This document shows, piece after piece, positions 1-13,478 of a stretch of 64,000 bases of DNA. The DNA comes from Octopus sinensis. Taxonomy: Eukaryota. Position 1 is the first letter of the stretch. Every line of letters starts with the position of its first letter. The stretch lies in NCBI RefSeq assembly GCF_006345805.1, contig NC_042998.1, positions 3,348,001-3,412,000 on the forward strand, in the 5' to 3' direction. Below the pieces are notes generated by a model that was given only the letters and a program-made list of their open reading frames with translations, was not told where the DNA came from and did no database searches. A program made the position numbers and the translations under genes.

Positions 1-892
1 TCCCAGAACGTTATGGTTGTAAATAAATAAAGCGAAGTTGTAAATAAATAACGCAATATACCTTCTTAATGTGTCTTAATGTGATAACACTAATAATTAC
101 TTTTAATATAGGCAAAAGGCCTGAAATTTGAGACGCATGCTTGTCGATTTACATCGACCTCAGTACATGAAAGATACATCATGCTACTGAACCCAGAGAG
201 GTGAACAGCAAAATTGACCTCCGAGAAATTTAAACTCAAAGCATAAAAGACGGTAACTAAATACCGCAATATATTTTGTCCAACTCACTAACGGATCTGA
301 GAAATGCACCTCCTTAATAGGGTAACCGTAAAATAATTGCGATGCAACAGGAGAGGGAATGTTGGATGAAAGGAAATACATATAGGGTAATGTTGAGGGA
401 AAAATATCTCAGCTTAAAGTTATCAGTAGAGAAAGTAAAATGTGTTGCTGGGATCTAATATTTTTGAAATTCTCAGATGTCAGAATTAGTACAACTATCT
501 GTGATTATTTTCACCATAGTTCTTATCTAATATTTAGTTTATCTTCTCCTATATTCTCTAAATTTGGTGCTTTTTTTCTTCTTCTTTCCTTCTATAAAAT
601 ACCTTGCCCTTCATCACCGACATTACCACCACCAGCACCGCCACCACCGCCACCGCTGCCACAACCACTACGACGACGACGACGACGATGTAAAATAATT
701 TTCTTCATTAATACTTTTAATACTCTATCTTTATAATATAGTTGTGTTATCTGGACAGTTATTTTTGTTTTTATTTTGGTTTTTACTCTTCAAAATATCT
801 GTACCAGGTGGAGATTCTTATATCGTAACCACGATATACTATTTTCTTCCTTTTTTTTTTAGATGGATTTCAGCTGCGGTAAAGAAAAAAAA

Positions 893-894
<2 letters not shown>

Positions 895-930
<36 letters not shown>

Positions 931-1445
931 CCTTATCATCATCACCACCATATCCACCACCACCAACACCACCATCACCATCATCATCATCATCATCATC
1001 ATCAACATCATCATCACCACCACCACGATCATCATCACCATCATCATCATCATCACCACCATATCCACCACCACCACCACCACCACCACCACCATCACCA
1101 TCATCATCATCATCAACATCATCATCATCATCATCATCACCACCACCACCACCATATCCATCACCACCACCACCACCACCACCATCATCATCATTATCAT
1201 CATCATCATCACGAACATCATCATCGGTGTCGCTTTCAATATAATAATCGTGTTAGTTCTAGTGCTTCTAATGATGATGATGATGATGATGTTGAGGAGG
1301 AGGAGGAGGAGGAGGAGTGATGATGATGCTGTTGATGAGCGATAATGATGACGATGATGATGATTGATGATGATAACGATGAAGATGAGGATGAGGATGA
1401 TGGTGATGGTGATGATGTTGGTGGCGGGAACCATGAAGATGATAG
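895..1445. repeat. Compound trinucleotide microsatellite (GAT)n-(CAT/CAC)n-(GAT/GAG)n
   Basis: Read directly; it produces the poly-His/Asp/Ile/Met ORFs in several frames. Confidence 0.95.
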
Positions 1446-3039
1446 AGTTACATAACGAGCATTTGGGAGGATGCTGTAGGTGGGATTCTGATACTTGATA
1501 ATGTCATGTTCAGTGCCTCACTGCGTAGAAGCTGGATTCCACGAGGCTTTCAAAGTGTTTTGTAGTCTGATACTTCTTGCAGTTCGTTCTCCATCTCTCA
1601 GATAACATTGAGAAAACAGAAAGATGGAGTCTACTGAGCAACCGTGTGTTGCACTTTGGAGGGCTTAGAAAAGAAATGCTGTTGTGTTGTTGTTGAGACC
1701 CCTTTCGGTCATGGCTGGCCGTGGGATTGCACCTAGAAAGAAAACGTCCGAGGACGAAATACGGCTACGTATTTCGCCCGGCATACTAACGTTTCTGCCA
1801 GCTCGCCGCCTTACGAAGGAGTATTATACCATCATTACCAACAATAGAACTAACAGTAGTACTTTTATCATGGTGATGATGACGACGATGGCGGCGATGA
1901 TGATAACCATCGTTGTCTTCGTCGTTGTCATCATCATCGTCGTGTAGGCGTGTGTTAGTGGTGAGGAGAAAATATATTGTATAGGCAAAGAAAGAATATA
2001 TTGTGAGCAAGCATGTAGATGAGTTCAAATATGTTTGGGACGCTTTTTGACCTGTATAAAGGTCGTATTCATTACTATTTGTCGTTGAGAACATTTCACA
2101 CTTTAGGCAATAGGTGTTTTTCAACACCTATTGCAATTTCAAGGCGTTCTTTAGCCATTTCAGCAGCCACTTTAAGGCGCTCTCTGGCGAAATCGGTGAA
2201 TGCTATTCTAATATATGGCAACCATCAGCACCGTTTACCGCAAGAAACCAGTGAACAATGTCGGTGACATTATCAAGAGCATAAAGGGTTAACATTTTGC
2301 ACGACCCTACTACAAACTACTACAAATAATTTCCTTACAAAACTCTATAACAAAAATATAAATGAATAAATAAATAAATAGAGCGGAAAATACTAAACCT
2401 CGAATTTCTTAAATCTTTTAACCTTTTCCACCCGAACTCTTTGCAGACAATAAGAAATTAATAGTTTTCTAAGATAAGAGTAAACAGCTTTATGAGTTGT
2501 TAGATTATTGCGTACATTAACAATGGCGCTCAGCAATTACACAACACAAACTTGCATGAACGCTAGCCCATAGTTTTTATATTAACATTAACAGAGGAGC
2601 CAAGCTTATAAATGATAAGGTTAATTTTGATGATAGACTACTGATAGCTAATTAGGAATCGTTTATAAGAAATATCACAAACAAGATTTCGAATCTAAAA
2701 CTAATGCTGTCAAATCGGAAATCGTCTAGTTAGTTAAAACAAATTATATATATATCCTTCTCCCGCTTTCTTTCTCTGTCTCTCTCCCCCCCTCTCTCTC
2801 TCTATGAGTGTGTGTGTATAAATGTTTGTTCTTGAGAGTAGTTGTAAATAAGATGAATTTCACGTAAAACTAAAGGATCGCATAATACTTAGAAGCTATT
2901 AATTAATTGTTTGCAACGAAAACGTTGACTGTAAATTCGAAGTTTCTGCTACTCGCCGTCATCGACCGTGCATATCAGTGCATATCTTTCCCGTTATTGT
3001 TCCAGGAAGTAGTATCATAATTCTTTCGTTTCTCCATTT

Positions 3040-3270
3040 GTTTCATTGATGCAATCTTTTTGGTGTAGCATCGCTTAGCTGCCTCGTGTCCCATAATTAA
3101 ATTCACCCTCTATGGTGACCATAGTTGAGAACAGTAGTCCAGACGGGTGAGGATAAGTGTCCTCCATAGGGCCAGCATAGTTTCTTGATCCCTTGTTCCG
3201 AAAGTTCCTCTGCACATCATCATCTTCTTGGTGGTATGTACATCAAACGAAACATCGTTTCTCATATCAG
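3040..3270 (-). mobile_element. CR1-type LINE reverse-transcriptase C-terminal fragment (degenerate)
   Basis: Minus-strand translation TRDQETMLALWRTLILTRLDYCSQLWSP*...KRCYTKKIASM matches the CR1/L2 LDYC..W.P motif; contains a stop. Confidence 0.75.
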
Positions 3271-4641
3271 TTCCCAGATCATGAATTGTGTTTAACTCTG
3301 GGGTTGCCGCTCCTTTTGTCTGAAAGTGTCAAAATGTCTTTGTTACAGCGTGTTAGCACAAGTTGGCTAACAGCTGGCTATATATATATATATATATATA
3401 CTTGAATGTCTGTGTGAAAAATTACTTACTACATTTTAAAGAAGACTTTAGAAACAATCATTTAAAAAAAAGTTACAAGATCTTTTATCAGGATGTTACG
3501 AACCTTTTTTCCAAGAAGTTTTTTCCCTAGTGTGTGAATGCTTTCGATTAACCTTTTCATACAACGCAGACACGCACACACACGCACACACACACACACG
3601 CACACACACACGCACTAACACACACGCACACATGCGCACACACGCACACACACACACGCACACACACGAACGTACACACACACACACATACATACACACA
3701 CACATACATGCATACATACATACAAACATTTGTACATACATGTATATGCATAGATGTAGTATGTGTATTGGTGGCAATTATACGCCCGAGGGATGAAAGG
3801 AATACGTGATCCTCTTTTTTTATTTCAACCAACTCGGAATGAAAAGGGACGTAATTGAATACTGCAAGTCATTTACTCCCTATTTTATGCCTTAGTCAGA
3901 AGAGGAAGTGCAGTACCCGTGACCTTCTGCAGAGCTGCTGAGACGGAGTGGTAGGGAGAGAAGGTGGAAAGGAGAAGAAACTACAATTCATAGGATGTTA
4001 AAATAGGAAATAACCTGAGAGGATATCTTGACATCGCCAAACCGGGGACAAGATCCGAACTGTTGTAGCGCAATACACGTCACTGAAGGCACGTAAAGGC
4101 TAATTAGGGGTGTTAAAATGGACTGCAGATTAGGTTTTTTACTAATTAATAAGAACCTCTTTAAATTACATAGTATGTTAGAAATACTAGCTAAATTCCC
4201 TCAAATTACACCATACAGTCTAAAAAAAATAGAACTAAGAGTTAAAATAAACCTAAATATGCAAAAAAAAAAGACATGATGGTCACGACTGGAATATCAC
4301 CACACAAACTATCTGTGTAATCTACCACCCAGAAAGTGAGACAACATGTGAACCTCTATGAAGTCAAATGACGTTCAAGAAATAACAACCAAATCTCCCT
4401 TACTATCCTTAAAAATGAAGGCGCAGCGTTTATACGAACGCCTGGATAATCATAGCTGGAAAGTCTGCTCGAGTGTTACCTAGTGGTTTTACAAATCACA
4501 AACAATAAAAGAGTCTGTGGCAGAAATAGCAGCTAAATCTCCGCCTTCTAAATTAAAAAGGAAACAATGGACGCTACAGCAGAGAATGTTTTTCGAAAAA
4601 AAGCGTGATGGTCATTATTTTGACCATAGGTTTGCACGTTC

Positions 4642-5039
4642 AAAGGGCGGAGAGCTGGCAGAAACGTTAGCACGCCGGGAGAAATGCTTTGCAGTATTTC
4701 GTCTGCCGTTTCGCCGAGGTCGACTTTGCCTTTCAGCCTTTCGGGGTCGATAAATTAAGTACCAGTTACGCACTGGGGTCGATATAATCGACTTAATCCG
4801 TTTGTCTGTCCTTGTTTGTCCTCTCTGTGTTTAGCCCCTTGTGGGTAGTAAAGAAATATGTATTTCGTCTGCCGTTATGTTCTGAGTTCAAATTCCGCCG
4901 AGGTCTACTTTGCCTTTCATCCTTTCGGGATTGATTAAATAAGTACCAGTTATGCACTGGGGTCGACGTAATCGACTTAATCCATTTGTCTGTCCTTGTT
5001 TGTCCTCTCTGTGCTTAGCCCCTTGTGGTTAGTAAAGAA
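4642..5039 (+). mobile_element. SINE family B, dimeric copy with TSD
   Basis: Head ggcggagagctggcagaaacgttagc, then the body gtatttcgtctgccgtt...cctttcggggtcgataaattaagtacc...aagaaata present twice; flanked by direct repeat ataggtttgcacgttc (4626-4641, 5040-5055). Confidence 0.9.
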
Positions 5040-5261
5040 ATAGGTTTGCACGTTCGAGGCTGACTTGGCGCCAAATAACACAATCAACAAGATACACATA
5101 AAGTATACATAATGTGCATGCACGCATAAGAGATCATAAACGCATGTAGACATACATATTTTGTATGTATGGATATAAGACACGCAAGAACTCAACAAGA
5201 ATCATCTAAATTTAACTGAATCTAGTCTACATCACAAAAGAGTTCAATGAAAATTTACAGA

Positions 5262-5547
5262 CATGGCCGTGTAGTAAGGAAGCTCGTTCTTCAATCACGT
5301 GATTTTGGATATTAAGTTCCACTTCGCGGCAAGTGTCTTCTACAGTAGCTCCGGACAGACCAAATGTCTTGTGAGTATATTTGGCAGACGGAAACTGTAT
5401 GGAAGTCCATTGTACACGCATACAGACACCCACGCACGCGCGCACGCACACACACGCACGCGCGCACACGCACGCACACATACACATATGTATTTATGTA
5501 TATGTGTTTTTGTGGTTACGTTTGTCCCTCAAACATTTCATGACAAC
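5262..5547 (+). mobile_element. SINE family A, diverged partial copy
   Basis: tggccgtgtagtaaggaagc head, ggcaagtgtcttctac, gacggaaactg, then an internal CA/TA tract. Confidence 0.7.
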
Positions 5548-5559
5548 AGGAGAATGTGG

Positions 5560-5760
5560 AGGACTTTTCTGTTCTGCATTTTGTACGGATGAGAAAGGTG
5601 CACTTTCTGTTCCACTCTTTGAGGAAATGAACGATGATAAGATAATGAACGAAGTAAGATACAAAATCTTAAAAGGTTTCCCAGCAAAGATTTTGCACGA
5701 CTCAGATGATGCAGAAATATTCACGCATAAACGCGAGGACATCATTTTTATTTTAATTAC
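5560..5760 (+). mobile_element. Possible Gypsy-type pol remnant (RNaseH-integrase linker)
   Basis: Peptide LFEEMNDDKIMNEVRYKILKGFP...IFTHKREDI resembles the D..L..V...I..GWP...R.EL linker of Ty3/Gypsy pol; recognised by eye only. Confidence 0.3.
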
Positions 5761-6377
5761 CCTGCATAACAGTGGAAGAATAAAGCATCGTCACTAGAAA
5801 CTTTGTTTCTCGTTTGATCTATCAGTCTATAATCCAGAGAAAATGCAAGGGCATTTTGACTAATAAGACCTATTGAAAAGCCACAAGCGCCTTTTCTGCC
5901 TAGTTGGAGTTATTATTAAAATACATAATTGGAATCGAAAACTGGAATTGAAAACTACGATCAAAGGCACTGCAACCATGACTATCTCATCATTTTGTAT
6001 CAAAGGATATCTTGTTCAACATAATCTTTAAAAAGACAAATTATGGAAAGTTATGAGGTAGGGAGATTTGGCTGTTATTTGTAGCATCACTGCGCAGAGG
6101 TTCCCAAATGATTCATAATGGTGGTATTTCTCATACTATTGTTGACAACAAAAATGATGATGATAATGATAGGAATGATCATGATGATACATTTAATTTC
6201 CGAATACAGGAAATTATGGTCAACATAGCCAAATAAATATGTCGGGGCGAAACCTCCCACTGAGCGGAAATCGAACAGTGACTCGGCTCGATTTCAGATT
6301 GCAGCTAATCTATGTCACTAATGCCCGGTTCCTCAAAAAGACACATTTATCTAACTTCGTTATTTCACGATGGCGTT

Positions 6378-7012
6378 GGAGTAGCAGAATCGTTAGAACG
6401 TCGGAAAAAATGCCTTGCGGTATATTTTCTGGTTCTCTATGTTCTAAATTCAAAATCCCGCCGAGGGTCGATAAAAGAAAATACCAGTCAAAATACTCGA
6501 ATTGATGGATTCGATTAAACTCCTCCTCTTAAAATTTCTGGTTTTTTGTCTACATTAGAAGTACTTATTATAAGCTCCACTAAGATGGTCGAGCTGTTGG
6601 CTCATCGTTTTTACATTCTGGGTTCAAATGCACTAGGATCGACTTTGCTTTTCATCCCTTCGATTCATAAAATAAATACCAGTTGAGGAATAGGGTTGAT
6701 GTAATCCACTTACTCTCTCTCCCTCTCTCTCCCTCTCCTGAAATTGCTGGGCTTGTGTCAAACTTTGAAGCCATTATTATAACCTTCTCTATGACGGTGA
6801 GCTGACCGAGACGTTAGCGCGTCGGTCAAAATGCTGAGCAGCATTTCTTCCGACTATCCATGTACTGAGTTAAAATCCCGCTAAGGCCGACTTTACTTTT
6901 CATCCTTTCGGAGTCGAGAAAATAAAGTACTAATCAAATACTGGATCGATGAAATCGACTAACCTCTTCCACTAAATCTGCTGACATTGTGCCAACATTT
7001 ATAACAATTATT
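6378..7012 (+). mobile_element. Three tandem diverged SINE family B-related copies
   Basis: Recurrent gagttcaaat...gactttgc(c)tttcatcc...aaataagtaccag...gatgtaatcgact motifs near 6.4, 6.6 and 6.85 kb. Confidence 0.7.
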
Positions 7013-7149
7013 ATATGCTCCTCTAAAAAATCTTTTCCTTTCGTAATATCATTAGCGAGCCACATTTAATAACTCTAATAAATCCAAGTGGTTCCTCTCT
7101 GAAACAGGAAACAACGAAAAGGAGCATGCTGGAAATATCATCACATCAT

Positions 7150-7576
7150 ACTCTTTACTCTTTTACTCTTTAACTCTCTTTTACTTGTTTCAGTCATTTG
7201 ACTGCGGCCATGCTGGAGCACCGCCTTTAGTCGAGCAACTCGACCCCGGGACTTATTCTTTTTGTAAGCCCAGTACTTATTCTATCGGTCTCTTTTTGCC
7301 GAACCGCTAAGTTACGGGGACGTAAACACACCAGCATCGGTTGTCAAGCAATGTTAGGGGGACAAACACAGACACACAAACACATACACACACACACATA
7401 TATATATACATATATACGACAGGCTTCTTTCAGTTTCCGTCCACCAAATCCACTCACAAGGCATTGGTCGGCCCGGGGCTATAGCAGAAGACACTTGCCC
7501 AAGATGTCACGCAGTGGGACTGAACCCGGAACCATGTGGTTGGTTAGCAAGCTACTTACCACCCAGCCACTCCTGC
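7150..7576 (-). mobile_element. SINE family A, full length (tRNA-derived head, internal TA/TG microsatellite, (AAAGAGT)n-like tail)
   Basis: Minus-strand head ggagtggctg..tggtaag...ggttccgggttcagtccc with A/B-box-like motifs and a cttgggcaagt CORE-like motif; closely similar copies at 26.8, 28.4, 40.6, 51.3 and 63.4 kb. Confidence 0.92.
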
Positions 7577-7907
7577 TACCGTTCTTTTAAAATTATTTTA
7601 ATAAATAAAGCCTCGATTGCGTATACTAGCCATTTAATCAGACAGGTGGTTATGCATAACTTCAGTGAATGCTTTATTCGCATTTTCTTATATCAGAAAC
7701 AATGAATCATCGTCCAAGCATGTGGTTGGCTGCGAGTACACGCTATTGTAAAGGCTCAAAAAGGTGTTTTCCTCACATCGCTTAAGAAGCCATGTTGGCT
7801 TGAGAGGTCCCCACGACCCAGATTTTAAATGAATGCTGCGATCAATTTCTTCGACTAAACTCTTTAAGGTGGTGCCACACCGTAGCCACACATTCACATT
7901 ATATATA

Positions 7908-9123
7908 CTAGATGTACCCGCCGTGACACGTTGGGTCACAACCACTCCAAGCTGAAAATGTCGGTGCGCAACGGGAAAGGACAAAAATACTATTTCGAAT
8001 TTCATGCAATAAAATTCTTAAATATTAAGAGTTCTCCAGCTTTGGTGTGATAACATAAACACGACCATTTATTTTTTCTTTGAAAACGTTCAAATGGCCT
8101 TCAGCATTTTTCTCGCTTTCTTCTCTACCATTCTTTGTTACTACTGTTCCGAGTGAAATACATGGGTATTTCAGCATAAAGTAATGTTTTTGCAAAGTCA
8201 TCATTGATGCACAATGAAAGGAATCTGTCAATATTATTTTCATATGTCATCCATTGAAGCCATATACATCCACATTATTTCTGAGCAATATCCTTTGTTC
8301 ATCTGATAGGTGAACATGCAGTCTTACTATTTTAGGTGCTCTTTCATGAATTGAAAATCTTAAAATGGATGCAACTACTTCGGATGGTCCAATATATCTA
8401 CCTACCCATTAGATATTGACTAATTTCGTTAACGTTGTTTATTAGAACAGCAACTTGATCATTTCCGTTCAGCGTGTACTTGACGACTTACTTAAGAAAC
8501 CTCAATGAGGCAACGATTTCATCGTTGCAGTGGCAGTTGAATGTTCTTAAAAGAGTTTCATTATAAGGGACAACCGATTTGTTGTTTGTTTTTCCATTCT
8601 TATTAGATTCAGCTCCTTCCATTGCAACTGATCTTTGTCTATAAAGAGATAGTCTCTGTTATTCTGCCTTTTGATTAAAACGATAAAGATTATTTCGTTT
8701 TGGGATTTGGTTTGCAAGATTCTTTATATGAGTTCGTGTGTTGAAGCATATTCTGTTGTGTCTGGGGAGAGTCATTTTCTTTTTGTGTCTTATAATGTAA
8801 CACACTATTTTAAATAAAATAATAATTTTCCCCTTTAAGGAAGAAAAAAATCAAGTACTCGTGATTCAATAAAATCCCTTTAAAATACAGGGAGAATTTC
8901 TATCTTTCCAGTCTACGGCCCTCTAAAAGTTGTATAAATGATTCAAGGAAGAAAAAATAAAGTAAGAAAAATGGCTGACGGCGGTAGCTGACACGACTCT
9001 CTGAAGTGTCGATATTTTCAACTTGATTTTTTTTATTCTTAAAGGGGGAAATGACTATTTTAATTGTAAGCTTTATCATCTTGATCAAATGACAGGAAAA
9101 CACAAACTTTGAGTTTTAGTATA

Positions 9124-9128
<5 letters not shown>
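7908..9128 (-). mobile_element. Internally deleted Helitron with Rep-domain remnant
   Basis: Minus translation gives VVPYNETLLRTFNCHCN, GRYIGPSE..FSIHERAPKIVRLHVHL, AKTLLYAEIP and GRVYVITPK (Helitron RepHel motifs, frameshifted). The 3' end is a GC-rich hairpin followed by CTAG|T at 7908-7911. The 5' end near 9128 is approximate. Confidence 0.85.
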
Positions 9129-9179
<51 letters not shown>

Positions 9180-9379
9180 GTATGTATATGTATTTATGTA
9201 TACATATGTATGTATATATTTATGTATGTATATGTATTTATGTATACATATGTATGTATATATGTATATATATATATAATGCATATATACATATGTATGC
9301 ATATATGTATAAATATACACTTGCATATATGCACACACACATGTAAACATACACACACACCTATATATGTTAATGCACG

Positions 9380-9423
<44 letters not shown>

Positions 9424-9917
9424 GACAGAAAGAGAGTGAGAGAGAGAGAGGAGGAGAGTGGGGAGAGTTTAAGATTAAACTTTAGTTTATGATAAAAACT
9501 AGTGACACGTAGAAAAATGCATACGTATAGAAAGGGTTCGGTCGATCGGGATATTTATGAGGGGTGGGGAAGGAGTGAGGTAGAAAGAGCAATAAGAAAG
9601 GAAGGAGAGTGAAAAGGAGAAAGAGTGGGAGGCGGCGAGTATGGGAGAATGTGGGATTGCAGATAACAAACACTTAGATTTTGGTACCAATGTCATACAA
9701 GTACAATAACGAGAAGAAAATAATAAGGCTTTAAGATAATTACCAATTAGAAATATCAAGAAAGGTATAATAGAGAAATGTGATAGTGAAACGGCGTGAT
9801 TACATACAAGTGAGATAACGTGTTGAAGTTATATGATAACATATTGTACAACCTTACCCGAAGAAGATTTCTTCAGCAAAGTTCACAAGAAGCACTAAAA
9901 TTTAGAAAAGATTTCGC

Positions 9918-10436
9918 TGGTGTGGCTGACTGGTGAGACGTTTGCTTCACAACCAACCACATGATCTCGGGCTCAGTCCTACTGTGTGGTACTTTGGGCA
10001 GTGTCTTCTAATATAGTCCCGAGTCGACTAAGACCTTGCGAGGGGACTTAGACGTATGTGTGTGTGTTTATATATATATATATATATATAATCAAAAATA
10101 AGGGTGAAAAAATTGGATATTAATTTAACACCAAGTAGCTTAGCACATAAAAACCAGGGATACAATAAAATGTGTATATATATATATACGCTTAAAATAT
10201 GTCTTTGTGTTTATATTTGTATATATGTTCCGCCACCCCAACCTACCACTTGACAACCGGTTATGGTTTGCTTAACTCCCCGTAACATAGCGATTCGGCA
10301 AAAGTAACCGATATAAAGTGTACCGATCTGTAAAAAGATTAGTACTTAGTTCGTCTCTTTCTAGTAAATAAAAAGAAGCCCTCCAAGGCGGTGCTCCAGC
10401 GTAGCCGCCGTCTAATGTCTAAGACAAGTAAAAGAT
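9918..10436 (+). mobile_element. SINE family A, diverged copy with an insert in its TA tract
   Basis: Head gtgtggctg...ctttgggcagtgtcttcta; tail ccccgtaac...ggcggtgctccagc...acaagtaaaaga. Confidence 0.7.
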
Positions 10437-11174
10437 AAACTTCTTTTAAATATTTCTACTACAGGATTTGTCTACGGATCTCGTGTTTGCTTCAGATTGG
10501 AATATAGGGCGACAGAAAAAAATGTTTTACTCACTGTTCAAACAGACCAAGTCTTTAGTAGCATTTTCACGATATTGTAATTGGATATACAAACAAAACA
10601 TGTAAATATTTGGTACATTAAGGAGAGTTATGAGTCAGTTTTAATTTCAACTTAAATTACTGAAATTAGAAAACTTGAACCAGTCAATGGTCGCCTTTTT
10701 AAACATTTTCCTGAAGGAAAATTATTCATTATTTCACATCTGTATGCAGTTACAAAGTGATTGATGTAACTCTTGAGTAAATTTTTTTAGTTTTGGAAAC
10801 TATTCACAGGATTGGCTGCCATCTCAATGAAATATGCTAAATCAAATGGCCAGTTATCAGTCTCTTTCTCCGTACTGCTCATTTTGTTATTCCTAAAATA
10901 ATGAGCACTATTTTTTTTTTTGCTTTTTACGAAATCTACTCAAGACCTGTTCTCAGGAAAGCCAGATCATCTAACAATGGAGAACAAGTCTACCACAGTG
11001 GAAACTCAACATTTCGCAATATTCTTTGAATTCTAGTCGGTTAACTACTGTGGCTTCAACTTTATTCACGCTTTGAAAAATTATGAACACAATATCCGAC
11101 AAGCTTAAGCTTTCTTCGTATAACTCTGCTTATGATGCACTGATATTTTAATTGGGGATGATTTAAAATGGTAC

Positions 11175-11395
11175 TAGTTAGTTAGTTAGTTAAATTTTTT
11201 GGTTCAAAAAGCAAAAAGCAAGGCCATGTAGGGGGACATGGATTTATGTACAGGGTGGTGTTCATGTAAAAAGTTCAGGCCACTTGTGGTCAAGGGAGAC
11301 TTTGAACCGAGCGGTCGTCGGCATCTTCACTATCTCGTCCGGCAGCTTATTCCACGGATCCGCAACCCGGACGGAGAAAGTCCCTCTCCTAAGCA
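11175..11395 (-). mobile_element. CR1 LINE 3' end with (TAAC)n tail
   Basis: Minus translation RRGTFSVRVADPWNKLPDEIVKMPTTARFKVSLDHKW (CR1 C-terminal FS.RV...WN.LP...FK..LD motif), followed by a 3' UTR and tandem tail. Confidence 0.88.
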
Positions 11396-11698
11396 ATGTC
11401 GTTCTCGCAACGGAGCTCCCTCAATACAAATACTGATGGATTTACTAAAATTTACTTGTAGAGTTTCCAAACTTTGTAAAATATATCTGATTCTCATTTT
11501 TTGTGAAGTGATTTAAGACCAACCGGTCGCTACCTTTTATGACATTCCTTAACTGCTCTATATCACATATAACTTTATATTCGTCTAAAAGTAAAGAAAA
11601 CAAAGTGCACGAATGAAAAAGGTTTTCCATGACATGATAGCTCCTGGATTCATCCCTTAACATTGGAGGTTCTTATACTTTCCTTTCTATATTTTTTA

Positions 11699-12087
11699 CT
11701 AGCAGTATCGCCCAGCGTTGCTCGGGTTTTTTTCGACGCTTTAGAATTGGAATTTTTGAAAAGTAAAACTTTTGCATTATATAGCTCGTTATTCTCTTTA
11801 AGTAAACATTTTTCTGGTTGAAATACACCGAAAAATGGCGACACAGCAGTCACAAAAATCGTAAAAAATAGGGATTTTCATAGCAAAAAAAGCACCTTTT
11901 TGATGTATATAATTTTTGGTGTTAACATGGTCCAATTTGAATTTTATCTTCTACGGAATGACGAGTAAGCATTCTATCATACTCTCAATTTTGGTCGACT
12001 TGCGCCGTAGGGTCTCAGGGGAGATAGTGTTATTTGAAGGCTACCAAACCTGCCACACACAGACAACTTCAGCTTTATATATATAGA
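11699..12087 (-). mobile_element. Non-autonomous Helitron
   Basis: Minus strand starts A|TCTATATATATAAAGCTG and ends cccgagcaacgctgggc hairpin...CTAG|T, the canonical TC...CTRR termini in an AT site. Confidence 0.88.
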
Positions 12088-13273
12088 TTGCGAAGACATC
12101 TTGCAAATATTAGGAGACAAAGGCAAACAATTAATTTTCCGTCATAGAAAAGCCTTCATTATTTAGACGGCATTAAAGCAATTTATTGGATGGCTTCTTT
12201 CATATTCTTTCAGAATTTCATTTAACTCGTATATCTGTGTTTTTATTTATTTCTATTCTTTTCAATCATGTATTCTGTCTGTAACTCAGACGTAAGCACT
12301 AACTTCAGCTTTCTATTTTTAGACAATTTTTATGTTATGTAATATCTATTAAGATTAAGTCTTCTATTATGTGAGAGACATATAACTATTATCTTTGTTC
12401 TTTGAATTTATGCTTAGTATCACTTTCTGCTAATTTTTGGCTAATTTTCTTTTGCAGATGAAAAATATTCGAACTTAATTTCTGATAAAAATTACTAATC
12501 CGCAAATATTACAAGAGATATTCAGATCATATCTATGTAGTTTAAGAGTCTCAAGTGTAAATTGTCTGTGAAAAGATTGTGATGGACTGGCGCTGGCTAC
12601 CATAACAGGATCAAACAGTAATCGTACATCCAATTAAGGACGAGTATGCAATGCACCATTCCTTGCCTTACAAACCACAACTTTTTGGCGCATGCACCAT
12701 AGGTTGGTCATCCCCGCGGTGGGGTATAATTTGAGAGAAACGCAGCTCGTAAAAATATTAGCCAGATCTGTCGCAAATCGTTTAGTATCAAGTAAAATGA
12801 CCACATTGTAGCAGCTTTCTTTGACTGCGAACAAACATAATGCAAACACAATTTTTGTTTCAGAAAAAGTATCAAATAAATACAATAATAGCAAAAAACG
12901 TTAAATACCTCATAGCTATAATATGTTATTTTCCTCTTGTACTAAACTTCTGTAGGAAAGATCGTGAATATATTTCCAATAGACTCAAGTAGAGGAAATT
13001 CTAAATGACTTCGTTGTATATTTGCGAATATTTTAAATGGTATTTATACTTGTCTTACCGTTTCCACCATTTCCATTTCTTTGCCCTCAGTCATCTATAT
13101 GTCATGAAAGATGCTGAGTTAGTTTGTTACATTCATCAGTGTTGGGCCAGGAAAATAGTTTTATTCATTTATTTATTTTCAACTGTTAACTTCTTGCTTC
13201 AGAGTATGTGATTTGTGGCAATCCTTAAGACGTTTGTTCAAATACGCCCTTCCGACCTGCAACGCATTTCGTC

Positions 13274-13275
<2 letters not shown>

Positions 13276-13308
<33 letters not shown>

Positions 13309-13366
13309 CATAGTAATAATAATAGTAATAATAATAATAATAATAATAGTAATAATAATAGTAATA

Positions 13367-13402
<36 letters not shown>

Positions 13403-13478
13403 GTAATAGTAATAATAATAGTAATAATAATAATAGTAATAATAATAATAATAATAATAATATAATAATAATAATAAT
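13276..13478. repeat. (AAT)n microsatellite with AGT interruptions
   Basis: Read directly. Confidence 0.95.

Larger units (their letters stand above)
10450..12717 (-). mobile_element. Fossil hAT (Charlie/GTF2IRD2-like) DNA transposon, interrupted by younger inserts
   Basis: Collinear minus-strand motifs FSLLLDE..ICDIEQL (about 11.57 kb), SKSISICIEGAP (11.42 kb), LVLHC*MIWLS*EQVLSRF (10.96 kb) and WPFDLAYF (10.84 kb) correspond to hAT FSL.LDES, TDGA, VRWLS and DLA motifs. TIR-like gggatgaccaacc at about 12701-12717. Confidence 0.75.

Noticed and set aside
892-1320. 142-aa poly-His/Asp/Glu ORF as a metal-binding protein
   Set aside because: Pure trinucleotide repeats open in several frames and on both strands; no unique coding sequence.
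5494-5745. Minus-strand ORF with a signal-peptide-like stretch
   Set aside because: Its 3' part runs into a SINE, and the opposite strand is better explained as a retroelement pol remnant.
12440-12570. Strong plus-strand splice acceptor and short open frame
   Set aside because: It lies within the antisense strand of the hAT fossil and has no convincing donor.
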